From an uncultured Pseudomonadota bacterium (GTDB lineage: Bacteria; Pseudomonadota; Alphaproteobacteria; RUG11792), in contig CADBLQ010000013.1 in assembly GCA_902795615.1 (NCBI GenBank), positions 279 to 64,278 of the forward strand: a DNA stretch of 64,000 bases, in the 5' to 3' direction. Of this stretch, positions 26,096 through 35,982 are shown in pieces. The stretch's first letter is position 1. Each line of letters opens with the position of its first letter. The notes beneath the pieces were generated by a model. That model had not been told where the DNA came from. It was given only the letters and a program-made list of their open reading frames with translations, and ran no database searches. The translations under genes and the position numbers were made by a program.

Positions 26096-29000
26096 TTAGA
26101 ATTTCCAATTGAGGTTAAATTGCCCACCAAAACCAGTTCTGCCAAGATGACGGAACGTTGCTTGAATTGTCGCAGTAAGGTTTTTTGTCGAGACAAAGTT
26201 TAGACCCAATCCATACTGCATGTAACCTTTTTTCTTCATTTTTAATTTTGGTAATTCAACATTTCCAGCTTTACCAGTACCACTTCTATCTAGATTAAGT
26301 ACATATTTTGCAGAAATACAGATACTCGTTTGTTTTCCAGAGAATATTAAATCTATACCAGGCAATATGCTAATACCATTTAGCTTTTCAGAAACCATGT
26401 CCATACTTCCATATGTAGTTTTCCATTTTCCTCCATTGATATAGTTGTATGTCGCCGACACGTTCGGTTGAATAATTACATTCTGAGAGACATTGATGTT
26501 GTAACCAGCTCTCAATGAACCGCCAAATAATCCATGGTTAATTTTTTCTTTTTCTCCATTGCTATCCTTGTTATTGTTATCTTCACTATTGTTATTACTT
26601 TCAGTTTCTCCCATTTTGGGCAAAGTTATTTTATTTCGATAGTATCCTCCGTACACCATTGCTCCTAGCGTGAAATTGCAATTTGAGAAGGCTCCTGCAA
26701 ATCCTAATTCGCCACCATCCTGGCGAGATTTGAATTTGTGTTCAGTGTCTTTAATTTCATACTTTTGATGAGACCCCAGATATCCGGCAAATATGCTAGG
26801 AGTAAAATTCCAGCAATTAGATAATAGTTTAGTACCAAAGTCAATTCCGAATAATGCACCATAAGAGGTATTTTTTATATCAGGTAGTTCGCTTGTATTT
26901 TCATTATTGTTATTATTATTATTTGTATTTTCGTTATTTTTACTACTATCCCCGGTATTTAGATGCAAATTTTCATGACCACCAAATAATTTAACCCATA
27001 CACTATTGTTCTTATTAGGATTTTTTCCTTTAATGTAATCCGATGATTTAGCTTGGTTATTAGCCAGAATGTGTCCAAAAACACCATCATTCAATGATGC
27101 CTGATTTTGATTTAACGCTGTCATTCCAATTTGATCTCTAAATACACCAGGATTGAATTTTGTTAATTCTAGATTATAAATTCCATTACCAGCCGGTTTT
27201 AAAGCGTAATAACCAATAGCTGTTAATTTTTCAGTGCCACTAGATGTAAACGTAATACAATTTGAGCTTGCAACATTAAATATTTTCATAGGTATACTTT
27301 CATCTATTGGAGCATCGTCACCAAATAGGTTTCCATTTAATGCAAAATCTTTAATATTTACTGTGGCACTATTTCCATTTGTTGGCTCCATAACTGTAGT
27401 GCCATCACTCTTTCCGAATTTGTCATAGTTAGCATTTTCCTTGCTTCTACCATAGACATCGATGGAAAAATCAGCTTGAGTTACGTCATCTTTACCTATT
27501 TGAATTTTATTTGATAGCCCGTGTTCTTCATATAAACCATTAATTGAATTAATTTCCCCACTAAACGTTGAAAGTTCTTTAGATATTTCACTATCTCCAA
27601 ATATAACCTTACCGCCGTTTTCAAGTGTTGGGTCACCAAATAAACACGATGAATCATCAAAAGTTGCAGTACAACTTGTAATTATGAGTTGCCCACCATA
27701 TTGTTTATAGTACGGCAATGTGACGCTAGAATTTCCAAGGGTAGGAGTTGCACCAAAATGCATATCAACTTTGATTTGAACTATTCCAGCGTATTGGTAA
27801 ATATCTCCTTTAAGCCTATTTTTATCTTGCTCTTCAATTATTAATTTTCCTCCGTTTACATCTTTTGCTATTTCTTCTTTAAAACTGCCAGTGATTTCTT
27901 CATGATTACCATTTACAATTTTTATTGCACAACCAGCAGGTAGGTCTATATCACCAATTTGCCCACTAGTAAAATAAATAGTTGCGGGGTTTCCGTTACT
28001 GCCAATAGTAACTAACCCTTTTATTTGTTGTTCGTTAACTGATAATATACCACCGTTTTTTTCAAGTTTTATATTACTATTAATAGGTTCATTTTGCTCT
28101 GTAAGTATACAATTACTATTCTCTTTATTAAAAATAAGTTCATCTTTTTCATTGTCTAAAAGTTTTTTTTGAACCAAATTTCCTAATGTAGATGTATTTG
28201 CTTCGCCATTTTTTAGCTTTGTATCTACTGTTCCCATTTTTTTTTCACCTGTAACAGGGTCTTTATCAGGAACAACTCCTGCACTAGTTGGATTTTTTAA
28301 TTTTACGTTTCCAGCACTTTTTATTTCTCCTTTATGACCTTCTCCCTCAACCAATATATTTACTTTTTCCCCAATGATTGTGGTCTTTGTACCTATCTTA
28401 TGGTCATCATCACATTTTATTTTTCCTTCAGCACCTCTTGTATTAAGTTTGTTATTATTCTCTTCCTTCCCTTCTTCCTGCTCTTCATTTTCTCCCATGT
28501 TATTTTGCACGTTTGTGTCAATTAATTCATCATCAATGTATTGGTAATCATCATTATTTTCGTCTTCCTCTGGGTTAGAATTTTCTTCTTCTTCTTCGCC
28601 ACCTTCTTCCAATTTTGATTTATTTGATAGTAGGTTTTTTTTAACTCCTGCCTCTTCACTTTCATTTGGAATTAATACTTTACTGAGGTCACCAACAAGA
28701 GTTAACGTACCATTCTTTAGATTAATAGTTCCTTTAAGACTATTGTTTTCATTATCGAGGTTAATTGCTACTTCACTCTCATTACCTTTGATGTCTAATT
28801 TTGCATTTTCCTTTAGGTTTAACGTTGCTGTTTTTTCAATTGTTGCGTTATCAACTAGAACAATTTTATTTTCATTTGTTCCATCACCAATAACTATATT
28901 GCCTTTTTCGACTTTACTGTCTTTATTTAGAGTGAATGTCGTTGCTTTAGGAGCAGATGGGTCGTCTTTCAACTTTTTATTTGTTTTTTTAAGCAAAGCC

Positions 29001-30868
29001 TTATTTTTGACACCGTCACCACTTGGTGTGGTCTGTGCCTTACTAATTCCTTCTACGATAAGTTCAAATTCCCCATTATCCTTATTAGGAACAAGCAATG
29101 TAGCATCATTATCATCTCCATTTGATATTGTTACTTGCGTATTTCCAGCAGCGACTTCTTTCGGTGCAATTGTTTTGCCAACAGATTTAGCTGCATTAAG
29201 ACGACGAACAGGTGCTGTTAACATAGTAAGAGTATTAACTTTAAGACTGAGTTGTTTATCTTGTGCTGTAGTTTTTAACAAATTTGGTGTTACTTCTTCT
29301 TCTACATCAATTGCGTCATGCACTAGGCTGGCACCTGTTATTTTGCTACCAGAATTGAGGGTTAGGATTGAATCTGTTAAATATGTAGTTCCACCATCTT
29401 GGTTATAAGTGCGCGTATCATCTGTTTCAATTAATATACTTCTTCCTATAAACCGCCCTCCGCTAACTTGCATTGCACTTTCAATACTATCTTCACTTTC
29501 CTTACCAGAATTTGGATCAACGACATCATTTAGGTGGAAAGTACCATTGTTTATGGTTATTGGAGCATTAATTTTTGATGTACAATCACCAGCAACAAAA
29601 TCTTTTTCATTATTCATCACAAATCCAGGTTCGCCTTCATTTTCACTTTCCATAACATTAAGACCGCCCTTTGTTACTGTTACATAGTTATTTTCATTAG
29701 TTGCAAAACCGTGCGAAATCAATTCACCTCCCGTAACTGAAATTTCACCGGTAACAGTGTCACTACTACCTAATACAACAGAAGAGCCTTCTCCAAAGGT
29801 AACGCCTTCTTTAGCGATTATTTTTACATCTTTTGAAATTTTGTCTTCTTCATTCAGCACTACGTGATTATCGAAAATTAATGTACCACCTGTTGCTATT
29901 AATTCTCCTCCTTTATTAGAGACTAATTTACCATTCTCATCAGTTCTTGATCCTTGTGCTTCAGAAGCACTTTCATCAACAATGTTCCGTAGTGTTAATT
30001 CTCCTCCCTTTAGATAGATATCACCAACCCAATTTACTTTATCTAACTTTTCACCTCCATCAAGAACAACCTTACCACTATTAATTTCCAATATACCGCC
30101 TGTCCAACTGTCTTCAATTGGCTTACCATCAGCACCCTTTTCAAGATATTGATCGTTTAATAAGTTAAATGTCGCACCATTTTCTCCCGCATTGAGATTT
30201 GCTGCTCGCTCAGGAGGTAACTCAGTAGGGTCAACTAGCGTACCATCAGATTTTTTATCGCAGTCAACTACTAATTTTCCATTTGTGTTGTTTGATTGTT
30301 CCTCATCATCAGTATAACCAACATTAACTGTTCCAGTGTTAATGTAGTTGCCTTGTTTTAATGTTAGCGTTGCATCATCCAATATGTTTATAGTTGCTTC
30401 CGATGCATTTAAGTCTCCAGTACTTTGTTGATTAAAACTTCTAATTTTTCCGCCTGCATAATAATAATCAGCGTAATTATTGACGCGACCTACAAATCCT
30501 GCATATTGCTCTACTGATCCAGACAGATTTTCAAGACTGGCAACATTCTCAACTTCATTATCATCAACTTTAACTGTCTGAGTGTTTTCATCAAGTACTA
30601 CACTACTGTTTATTGGCTTCTTATCAATTAACTCCGTTTGAGAACCATTAATAAGTGCTGTTCCCTGTCCGCCGTCTCCACCACCAAGCCTAGCGTTGCC
30701 AGTTAGACTTACCGCACCATAATTTCTTTTTATGACTGAGTTTGAGAAATCTTGTGACAAGTTTAAAGTAGCCCCTATATCTATATTAAATATATGTGTT
30801 GCCATTACACCCGGTGATGTAGTTGCCATCATGCAAATTACTGATGTAAGTAAAAAACGTTGTTTCAT
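26096..30868 (-). CDS. large autotransporter (type Va) surface protein
   Basis: Signal peptide MKQRFLLTSVICMMATTSPGVMA. The roughly 1250-aa passenger has recurring GG-x-[LIV] motifs. The C-terminal beta-barrel has alternating hydrophobic strands and ends ...GFGGQFNLNWKF, with the terminal Phe typical of outer-membrane proteins. Confidence 0.85.
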   Translation of the reverse strand: MKQRFLLTSVICMMATTSPGVMATHIFNIDIGATLNLSQDFSNSVIKRNYGAVSLTGNARLGGGDGGQGTALINGSQTELIDKKPINSSVVLDENTQTVKVDDNEVENVASLENLSGSVEQYAGFVGRVNNYADYYYAGGKIRSFNQQSTGDLNASEATINILDDATLTLKQGNYINTGTVNVGYTDDEEQSNNTNGKLVVDCDKKSDGTLVDPTELPPERAANLNAGENGATFNLLNDQYLEKGADGKPIEDSWTGGILEINSGKVVLDGGEKLDKVNWVGDIYLKGGELTLRNIVDESASEAQGSRTDENGKLVSNKGGELIATGGTLIFDNHVVLNEEDKISKDVKIIAKEGVTFGEGSSVVLGSSDTVTGEISVTGGELISHGFATNENNYVTVTKGGLNVMESENEGEPGFVMNNEKDFVAGDCTSKINAPITINNGTFHLNDVVDPNSGKESEDSIESAMQVSGGRFIGRSILIETDDTRTYNQDGGTTYLTDSILTLNSGSKITGASLVHDAIDVEEEVTPNLLKTTAQDKQLSLKVNTLTMLTAPVRRLNAAKSVGKTIAPKEVAAGNTQVTISNGDDNDATLLVPNKDNGEFELIVEGISKAQTTPSGDGVKNKALLKKTNKKLKDDPSAPKATTFTLNKDSKVEKGNIVIGDGTNENKIVLVDNATIEKTATLNLKENAKLDIKGNESEVAINLDNENNSLKGTINLKNGTLTLVGDLSKVLIPNESEEAGVKKNLLSNKSKLEEGGEEEEENSNPEEDENNDDYQYIDDELIDTNVQNNMGENEEQEEGKEENNNKLNTRGAEGKIKCDDDHKIGTKTTIIGEKVNILVEGEGHKGEIKSAGNVKLKNPTSAGVVPDKDPVTGEKKMGTVDTKLKNGEANTSTLGNLVQKKLLDNEKDELIFNKENSNCILTEQNEPINSNIKLEKNGGILSVNEQQIKGLVTIGSNGNPATIYFTSGQIGDIDLPAGCAIKIVNGNHEEITGSFKEEIAKDVNGGKLIIEEQDKNRLKGDIYQYAGIVQIKVDMHFGATPTLGNSSVTLPYYKQYGGQLIITSCTATFDDSSCLFGDPTLENGGKVIFGDSEISKELSTFSGEINSINGLYEEHGLSNKIQIGKDDVTQADFSIDVYGRSKENANYDKFGKSDGTTVMEPTNGNSATVNIKDFALNGNLFGDDAPIDESIPMKIFNVASSNCITFTSSGTEKLTAIGYYALKPAGNGIYNLELTKFNPGVFRDQIGMTALNQNQASLNDGVFGHILANNQAKSSDYIKGKNPNKNNSVWVKLFGGHENLHLNTGDSSKNNENTNNNNNNNENTSELPDIKNTSYGALFGIDFGTKLLSNCWNFTPSIFAGYLGSHQKYEIKDTEHKFKSRQDGGELGFAGAFSNCNFTLGAMVYGGYYRNKITLPKMGETESNNNSEDNNNKDSNGEKEKINHGLFGGSLRAGYNINVSQNVIIQPNVSATYNYINGGKWKTTYGSMDMVSEKLNGISILPGIDLIFSGKQTSICISAKYVLNLDRSGTGKAGNVELPKLKMKKKGYMQYGLGLNFVSTKNLTATIQATFRHLGRTGFGGQFNLNWKF

Positions 30869-31234
30869 TCCCTAAATCCTTAATAAATGGTTACGCTTCT
30901 ATGCGTAGCCATTACTTATGGCTCGACTTTAAAGTAGTAATTTGAATTACACGAATATAAATTTTATATTAACGTTAATTAATGTAATGTAGGACATTAA
31001 TAATAATGGTAAATAATGTGTTACATTTAAGTGTTAATATCGTATTTAATGCTATTTTTCAAATTTTTTGCGATTAGTGTAATTTTTTAACAACATTTGC
31101 ACTCATGACACATGTTTTATGTTGAAATTTGATAAATATATATTAATTCGTTAAGAATTGTGTAGCTACCAAAATTGACCAATTGGTATGATTACTGTTA
31201 AAATTTAACAAGCATATATGGAGTTTGATGCGTT

Positions 31235-31882
31235 ATGATATACGAATTAAATGTACAAACAAGAGACGCTAAAGGGTCTCGACAATCACGTAAACTACGT
31301 CACAATGGGTTAGTTCCAGGAATTATCTATGGTGCAAAAAAAGAACCAACAATGATAGCAATCTCGGCAAAGGAAATTAGTAAGGAATATAATAACTCGT
31401 TATTCTTTAATAAAGTGTGGTCATTAGTCACAAATGGGAAAGAAACCGAAAAAGTTTTGCCCAAATCGGTATCTTGCCACCCTGTAACAGGGAAAATATT
31501 ACATGTTGACTTTATGCGTGTGTCTAAAGATAAGAAAGTCAAAATTATGATTCCTGTTGAGACAATCAATGAGGATAAGTCTCCTGGTATCAAAAAAGGA
31601 GGCATCATTAACCTGGTTGTACATAGACTTGAATGTCTGTGCGTTCCTGATGCGATACCCGAAAAAATAGTATTAGATTTGTCAGGTAAAGAGATTGGCG
31701 ATAGTTTTTTACTCGAACAAATCGAATTACCTAAGGGGGTTGAGGCTATAAATGCTATACGTGATAGTGTTTTGGCAACTATTGTCGTTTCTAAAGTTGG
31801 TAAGGAAGAAGACAAAGCTCAGGCTACTACAACAACTGCAGAAACAGCACCTACTGAGGGTACAGCTACAAAAGCCGAATAG
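31235..31882 (+). CDS. rplY: 50S ribosomal protein L25 / general stress protein Ctc
   Basis: RQSRKLRHNGLVPGIIYG and HVDFMRV are present. The Thr/Ala-rich C-terminal tail is typical of long-form Ctc. Confidence 0.9.
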   Translation: MIYELNVQTRDAKGSRQSRKLRHNGLVPGIIYGAKKEPTMIAISAKEISKEYNNSLFFNKVWSLVTNGKETEKVLPKSVSCHPVTGKILHVDFMRVSKDKKVKIMIPVETINEDKSPGIKKGGIINLVVHRLECLCVPDAIPEKIVLDLSGKEIGDSFLLEQIELPKGVEAINAIRDSVLATIVVSKVGKEEDKAQATTTTAETAPTEGTATKAE

Positions 31883-31897
31883 TTGTGATTATTCGTT

Positions 31898-32485
31898 GTG
31901 CTAACAGTTTTTTTAATAGTTGGGTTAGGTAATCCAGGAGTGGCGTATGCCAATACAAACCATAATATGGGATTTAAGTGTGTGGATTATCTAGCTTCTG
32001 CATTGAAATTTCCGGATTTTAAAGAACGATTTGATGGATTGTATAGCGAGTTATTGATTGGTGATTGTAAATTTCTTTTACTAAAACCTCAGACGTATAT
32101 GAATTTATCAGGTACGTCTGTCAAAAAGTTTGTTCAATATTACAAAATCGATTTAAAAAATATTGTTGTGATACACGATGATTTGGATTTGAAACCTGGA
32201 GTTTTGAAAATAAAATGTAGAGGTAGTAGTGGCGGACATAACGGTATCAAAAATATAGATAATGCTATTGGCTCTGATTATTGGCGTATTAGAATCGGAA
32301 TAGGTCGACCTGACAATAAAGAATTTGCAATAAATGATTATGTGTTAGCAAAAATGTCAGATGTTCTAGAAACAAAATTGCCCATTATTTTTAAAGCAAT
32401 TTCAACTCATATTGTTGTATTTTTAAAAGAATTATCCCCCAAAACGCAATCGATATATAAAATTAAATCTGATGCGAAGTTATGA
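31898..32485 (+). CDS. pth: peptidyl-tRNA hydrolase
   Basis: GTG start. LIVGLGNPGVAYANTNHNMGF, VIHDDLDL and GGHNGIKNI are present. Confidence 0.9.
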   Translation: MLTVFLIVGLGNPGVAYANTNHNMGFKCVDYLASALKFPDFKERFDGLYSELLIGDCKFLLLKPQTYMNLSGTSVKKFVQYYKIDLKNIVVIHDDLDLKPGVLKIKCRGSSGGHNGIKNIDNAIGSDYWRIRIGIGRPDNKEFAINDYVLAKMSDVLETKLPIIFKAISTHIVVFLKELSPKTQSIYKIKSDAKL

Positions 32486-32610
32486 TTGGAAAAGCAATTT
32501 GGCTCACAATCATGTTATTAGTGATAATGACGTTTATATTTAGGGCAATGCAAGGGCTTCCGATCTCCACAGTGTTTTATGAAACAAGTGAGATAGTTAC
32601 ACTGATTTAG
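32482..32610 (+). CDS. possible 42-aa membrane peptide, translationally coupled to pth
   Basis: ATGA overlap with the pth stop. The product MIGKAIWLTIMLLVIMTFIFRAMQGLPISTVFYETSEIVTLI has one clear TM helix. It falls below the size cut-off of the ORF track. Confidence 0.3.
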   Translation: MIGKAIWLTIMLLVIMTFIFRAMQGLPISTVFYETSEIVTLI

Positions 32611-32737
32611 AAATAGTTATTGGAGTTTTGTTTAGAGAGAGAACTTCCGTTTACGTTATTAAATCAGTTCATTATGTTAAAATGAATGTGGTAGTTTTGA
32701 CCATTCATATTACGGGTGGTTTGGATTAAACAGGCAT

Positions 32738-33439
32738 ATGAATTACTCAAATATACGTTCTTTTATCCACAAAGAAGGATACATTTTTGTCGGTTGCAGT
32801 CTTGGAATTGCACTTATTTGTTTATTATTTTCAGTAGCATTATTTTGGATATTTTTCATAATTTCTTTATGTTTTTTCTTCTTTTTTAGAAATCCTAGCC
32901 GAGTTGTTCCTTCAGATACTAACCTTATTGTTAGTCCTGTTTGTGGTACAGTTTGTGCAATCACATCTGATGTTCCACCAGAAGAATTGGGATTGGGGAA
33001 TAAAAAACGCTACAAAGTAAGTGTTTTTTTAAGCATTGTGGATGTTCACGTAAATCGTTCTCCAGTTGCTGGTAAAATAAAAAAAATCCTTTATTCTCCA
33101 GGAAAATTTATTGATGCTGGTATTGAAAAATCTAGTCTTTTTAATGAACGCAATACAATAATCATTGAGGTTAATGGAGACGAAAATAATTTAATGTCCT
33201 TTTCCCAAATTGCTGGTACTTTAGCTCGTCGTATAGTATGCGACGTTCATGAAGGCGAATTGTTGTCAAAAGGAGAAGTATATGGCATTATAAAATTTGG
33301 TAGCCGTAGTGATATTTGGTTGCCTGTAGGAGTAACTCCACTAGTGTGTATTGGCCAAAAAACAATCAGTGGAGAAACAGTAATTGGTGATATGTCATTG
33401 CCTGAATTTGCAATTCGTGAAGCAGTAATAGTTCCATAA
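32738..33439 (+). CDS. psd: phosphatidylserine decarboxylase proenzyme (short type)
   Basis: Two N-terminal TM helices. VFLSIVDVHVNRSPVAG and the self-cleavage region IIKFGSRSD are present. Confidence 0.85.
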   Translation: MNYSNIRSFIHKEGYIFVGCSLGIALICLLFSVALFWIFFIISLCFFFFFRNPSRVVPSDTNLIVSPVCGTVCAITSDVPPEELGLGNKKRYKVSVFLSIVDVHVNRSPVAGKIKKILYSPGKFIDAGIEKSSLFNERNTIIIEVNGDENNLMSFSQIAGTLARRIVCDVHEGELLSKGEVYGIIKFGSRSDIWLPVGVTPLVCIGQKTISGETVIGDMSLPEFAIREAVIVP

Positions 33440-33449
33440 GAAATTCATA

Positions 33450-34022
33450 ATGAGTTCATTTGACAGTATTTTACTAAGTCTAAGTGACTGGGGTTATTGG
33501 TTAGTTTTTTTTGGCTCGATGGTAGAAGGAGAAGTAATTTTACTGTCAGCAAGTGCAGCATCAGCATTAGGATATTTAGATATATATAAAGTTTTTACAA
33601 TCGCGTTCTGTACAACAGTATGTGTTGACCAGGGGTTATTCTTTGTTGGTCGACGTATTGGAACAGATTGGTTAGTTCACCGAATTCCAAAATTAGGAAA
33701 AGCACGCACTAAGGTTTTCAGCTTGTTACACAGAATGGAATTATTATTTATCTTTTCATTTAGGTTTATATATGGTATTCGAACAATAAGCCCGCTTATC
33801 ATCGGGTCAGCAAAAGTAAATCCGATTAAATTTATTGTATGCAATATAATATCAGGACTTACGTGGGCAGGATTAAGTTGTTGGTTAGGGTACTCAGTTG
33901 CCGATACAATCAGTGACGGCGTATTTAATTACAAGGATTTAACGTTGTGGACTACAGCAATACTTGTCTCTATATTTTGTATCAGTTATCTAATTATATG
34001 TCTTAAAAAAAGAAAGAAGTAA
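33450..34022 (+). CDS. DedA-family membrane protein
   Basis: GSMVEGEVILLSA, FFVGRRIG and FRFIYGIRTISPLIIGS are present. 190 aa. Confidence 0.8.
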   Translation: MSSFDSILLSLSDWGYWLVFFGSMVEGEVILLSASAASALGYLDIYKVFTIAFCTTVCVDQGLFFVGRRIGTDWLVHRIPKLGKARTKVFSLLHRMELLFIFSFRFIYGIRTISPLIIGSAKVNPIKFIVCNIISGLTWAGLSCWLGYSVADTISDGVFNYKDLTLWTTAILVSIFCISYLIICLKKRKK

Positions 34023-35270
34023 CTACATAAAGATACTTACTAAACATGTTGTCATTATTGTTGATAATAAGCCTGCAATAAAGGCTTTATTAATTAATGA
34101 CTTAATATACTGAGATTTAGGGGAAAGAACCGTTAATCCTGCAACCGTAATGCCACAAGTAGAAATATTACCAAAGTTGCTAATCATATAAATAGCTTTG
34201 ACGTTTGTTGGATCTGAAAGTTGGTTCTTTGCTAATTCAACCATTGAAATTACCTCATTAAGAACAATTTTTGAACCAACAACTTGTGAAAAAGCCAAAA
34301 AATCAGATGCTGGAATTTCCAGAAACCATACGATTGGATATAAAAATATACCAATTATTCGCTGTAACGTAATTGATGCCCCTCCTACATTTGGTAAATA
34401 TCCTAAAAGTGTATTAGTAAAACTTACTAACGCAACCATGCCTATTAAAGAACCAGTTATTGATATCCAAGTCGCTGTACCTTTTGACAATCCAGTATTT
34501 AATGCATCAGTTACTGAGGAGTAAGGGCTGTTTATTTCACAAATATCAGTAATACTGTGGGAGTAGTCTTTGGGTACAATAATTGAACATATTATTAATG
34601 TGGTTATGATATTGATAATATTTGCAATAATGAAATACTCTATTGCATTTGCTGATATATTTCTGAGAATATCGGCATATAAAGGCATAACGGAAGTTGC
34701 ACTTGTTGAAAATGCCAGACTTAGAATAATGAACATTTCATTTTTTGGCAACATATCAAGATATGACCGAATTATGAAAGGAGCTTCAATTTGTCCTAAA
34801 AGAGCTTTGGCAACAGATACCATTCCCGTAGAATTAGAGATTTTAAAGATGTATTTAAATAGGAAGCCAAATATTTTTGCCATTATTGGTACAATTCGTA
34901 AATGTGTCAAAATTGCAAAAAATGCAGATATAAATATCATCATTGGTAAAGCTTGTAAAGCTAAACTAAAAGTACTACTACCAGGTTTAAGTTCGAATGG
35001 TAGCTTTCCGCCACCTAAATAACCAAATACAAATTTAGTCCCTTCAATTGATGCTTCTCCCATTTTTAAAATAAAGTTTGCAACAGATTTAACTATATTA
35101 ATAACTGCACTTCCATGTAATAATGACATTGCTACAATGAGTTGTAAAGCAATACCTAAACACAAAATAGTTAAGTTCTTCTTTTTATCAACAATATACG
35201 ATTTACGATTTTCACATAACAAAAATGCAACAATAATACACAGGACATAACCTAAAAGATTACGAAACAT
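34023..35270 (-). CDS. nupC: NupC/CNT-family nucleoside transporter
   Basis: EGTKFVFGYLGGG, ALPMMIFISAFFAILTHLRIVPI, LLGQIEAPF, GIFLYPIVWFLEIP and ISNFGNISTCGI are colinear with E. coli NupC. The stop abuts the dedA stop with zero spacing. Confidence 0.85.
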   Translation of the reverse strand: MFRNLLGYVLCIIVAFLLCENRKSYIVDKKKNLTILCLGIALQLIVAMSLLHGSAVINIVKSVANFILKMGEASIEGTKFVFGYLGGGKLPFELKPGSSTFSLALQALPMMIFISAFFAILTHLRIVPIMAKIFGFLFKYIFKISNSTGMVSVAKALLGQIEAPFIIRSYLDMLPKNEMFIILSLAFSTSATSVMPLYADILRNISANAIEYFIIANIINIITTLIICSIIVPKDYSHSITDICEINSPYSSVTDALNTGLSKGTATWISITGSLIGMVALVSFTNTLLGYLPNVGGASITLQRIIGIFLYPIVWFLEIPASDFLAFSQVVGSKIVLNEVISMVELAKNQLSDPTNVKAIYMISNFGNISTCGITVAGLTVLSPKSQYIKSLINKAFIAGLLSTIMTTCLVSIFM

Positions 35271-35357
35271 AGTCCAATATTTAAACTGCTATCCACGACT
35301 ATATTACGACAACTTGCATGTCAAAATGCGTTATCCTGAAACGGGGGGAGATATATA

Positions 35358-35960
35358 TTGGAACAGGTGTCTCATATATCCTATAAAGTTTTTATAATTT
35401 TCATAGCATCTTTCACAATTGGTCTTCTCTCCGGACTTATTATTTATCGGATGAAATATATGGACGAAAATTTTAAATTAGCAGTTGAAAATGTCTTATT
35501 TCACGAAGGAGGATATGTAAATAACCCAGTTGATCCTGGTGGCGAAACGAAATTTGGCATCTCAAAACGCAGTTACCCAACTTTAGATATTAAAAACCTT
35601 ACAAAAGATGACGCAGTGAATATCTATTATAACGATTACTGGTTAGTTAATCGTTTGGGAGAAATTATTAATCAGGATATTGCTACTAAGTTTTTAAACT
35701 TATTTGTAAATATGGGAAAAAAATCCGCAGGAAAAGTCATCTGCAGGGCATTAAGGTCATGCGGGTTCAGATATGATGAACAAAGTGTTGACCCAACAGA
35801 ATTAATAAAAGCTACAAATATAATTACAGAACATAACAATGTTGCTGAATTATTAGCGTCTCTTAGGAGTGAAACAGCAGGCTATTATAGAACATTAACT
35901 GCTGAGAAGCCAGCTCTAAAAGTATTTTTAAACGGCTGGCTTAATCGGGCATACTCATAA
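35358..35960 (+). CDS. membrane-anchored GH108-type lysozyme-like protein with a peptidoglycan-binding C-terminal part
   Basis: N-terminal TM segment, then VLFHEGGYVNNPVDPGGETKFGIS...AVNIYYNDYW, which is the GH108 signature. Non-ATG start (TTG at 35358 or GTG at 35367). Confidence 0.7.
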   Translation: MEQVSHISYKVFIIFIASFTIGLLSGLIIYRMKYMDENFKLAVENVLFHEGGYVNNPVDPGGETKFGISKRSYPTLDIKNLTKDDAVNIYYNDYWLVNRLGEIINQDIATKFLNLFVNMGKKSAGKVICRALRSCGFRYDEQSVDPTELIKATNIITEHNNVAELLASLRSETAGYYRTLTAEKPALKVFLNGWLNRAYS

Positions 35961-35982
35961 GAACTCATTTATAAGGAATTAT

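Noticed and set aside
25963-26196. 77-aa ORF bridging the EamA transporter start and the autotransporter 3' end.
   Set aside because: It overlaps the autotransporter beta-barrel coding end and spans its terminator hairpin. It has no motifs and is most likely spurious.
32763-32771. Perfect DnaA-box consensus TTATCCACA.
   Set aside because: It is a single copy inside the psd coding region. There is no cluster of boxes, no AT-rich unwinding element and no dnaA, hemE or gid context, so it is not an origin.
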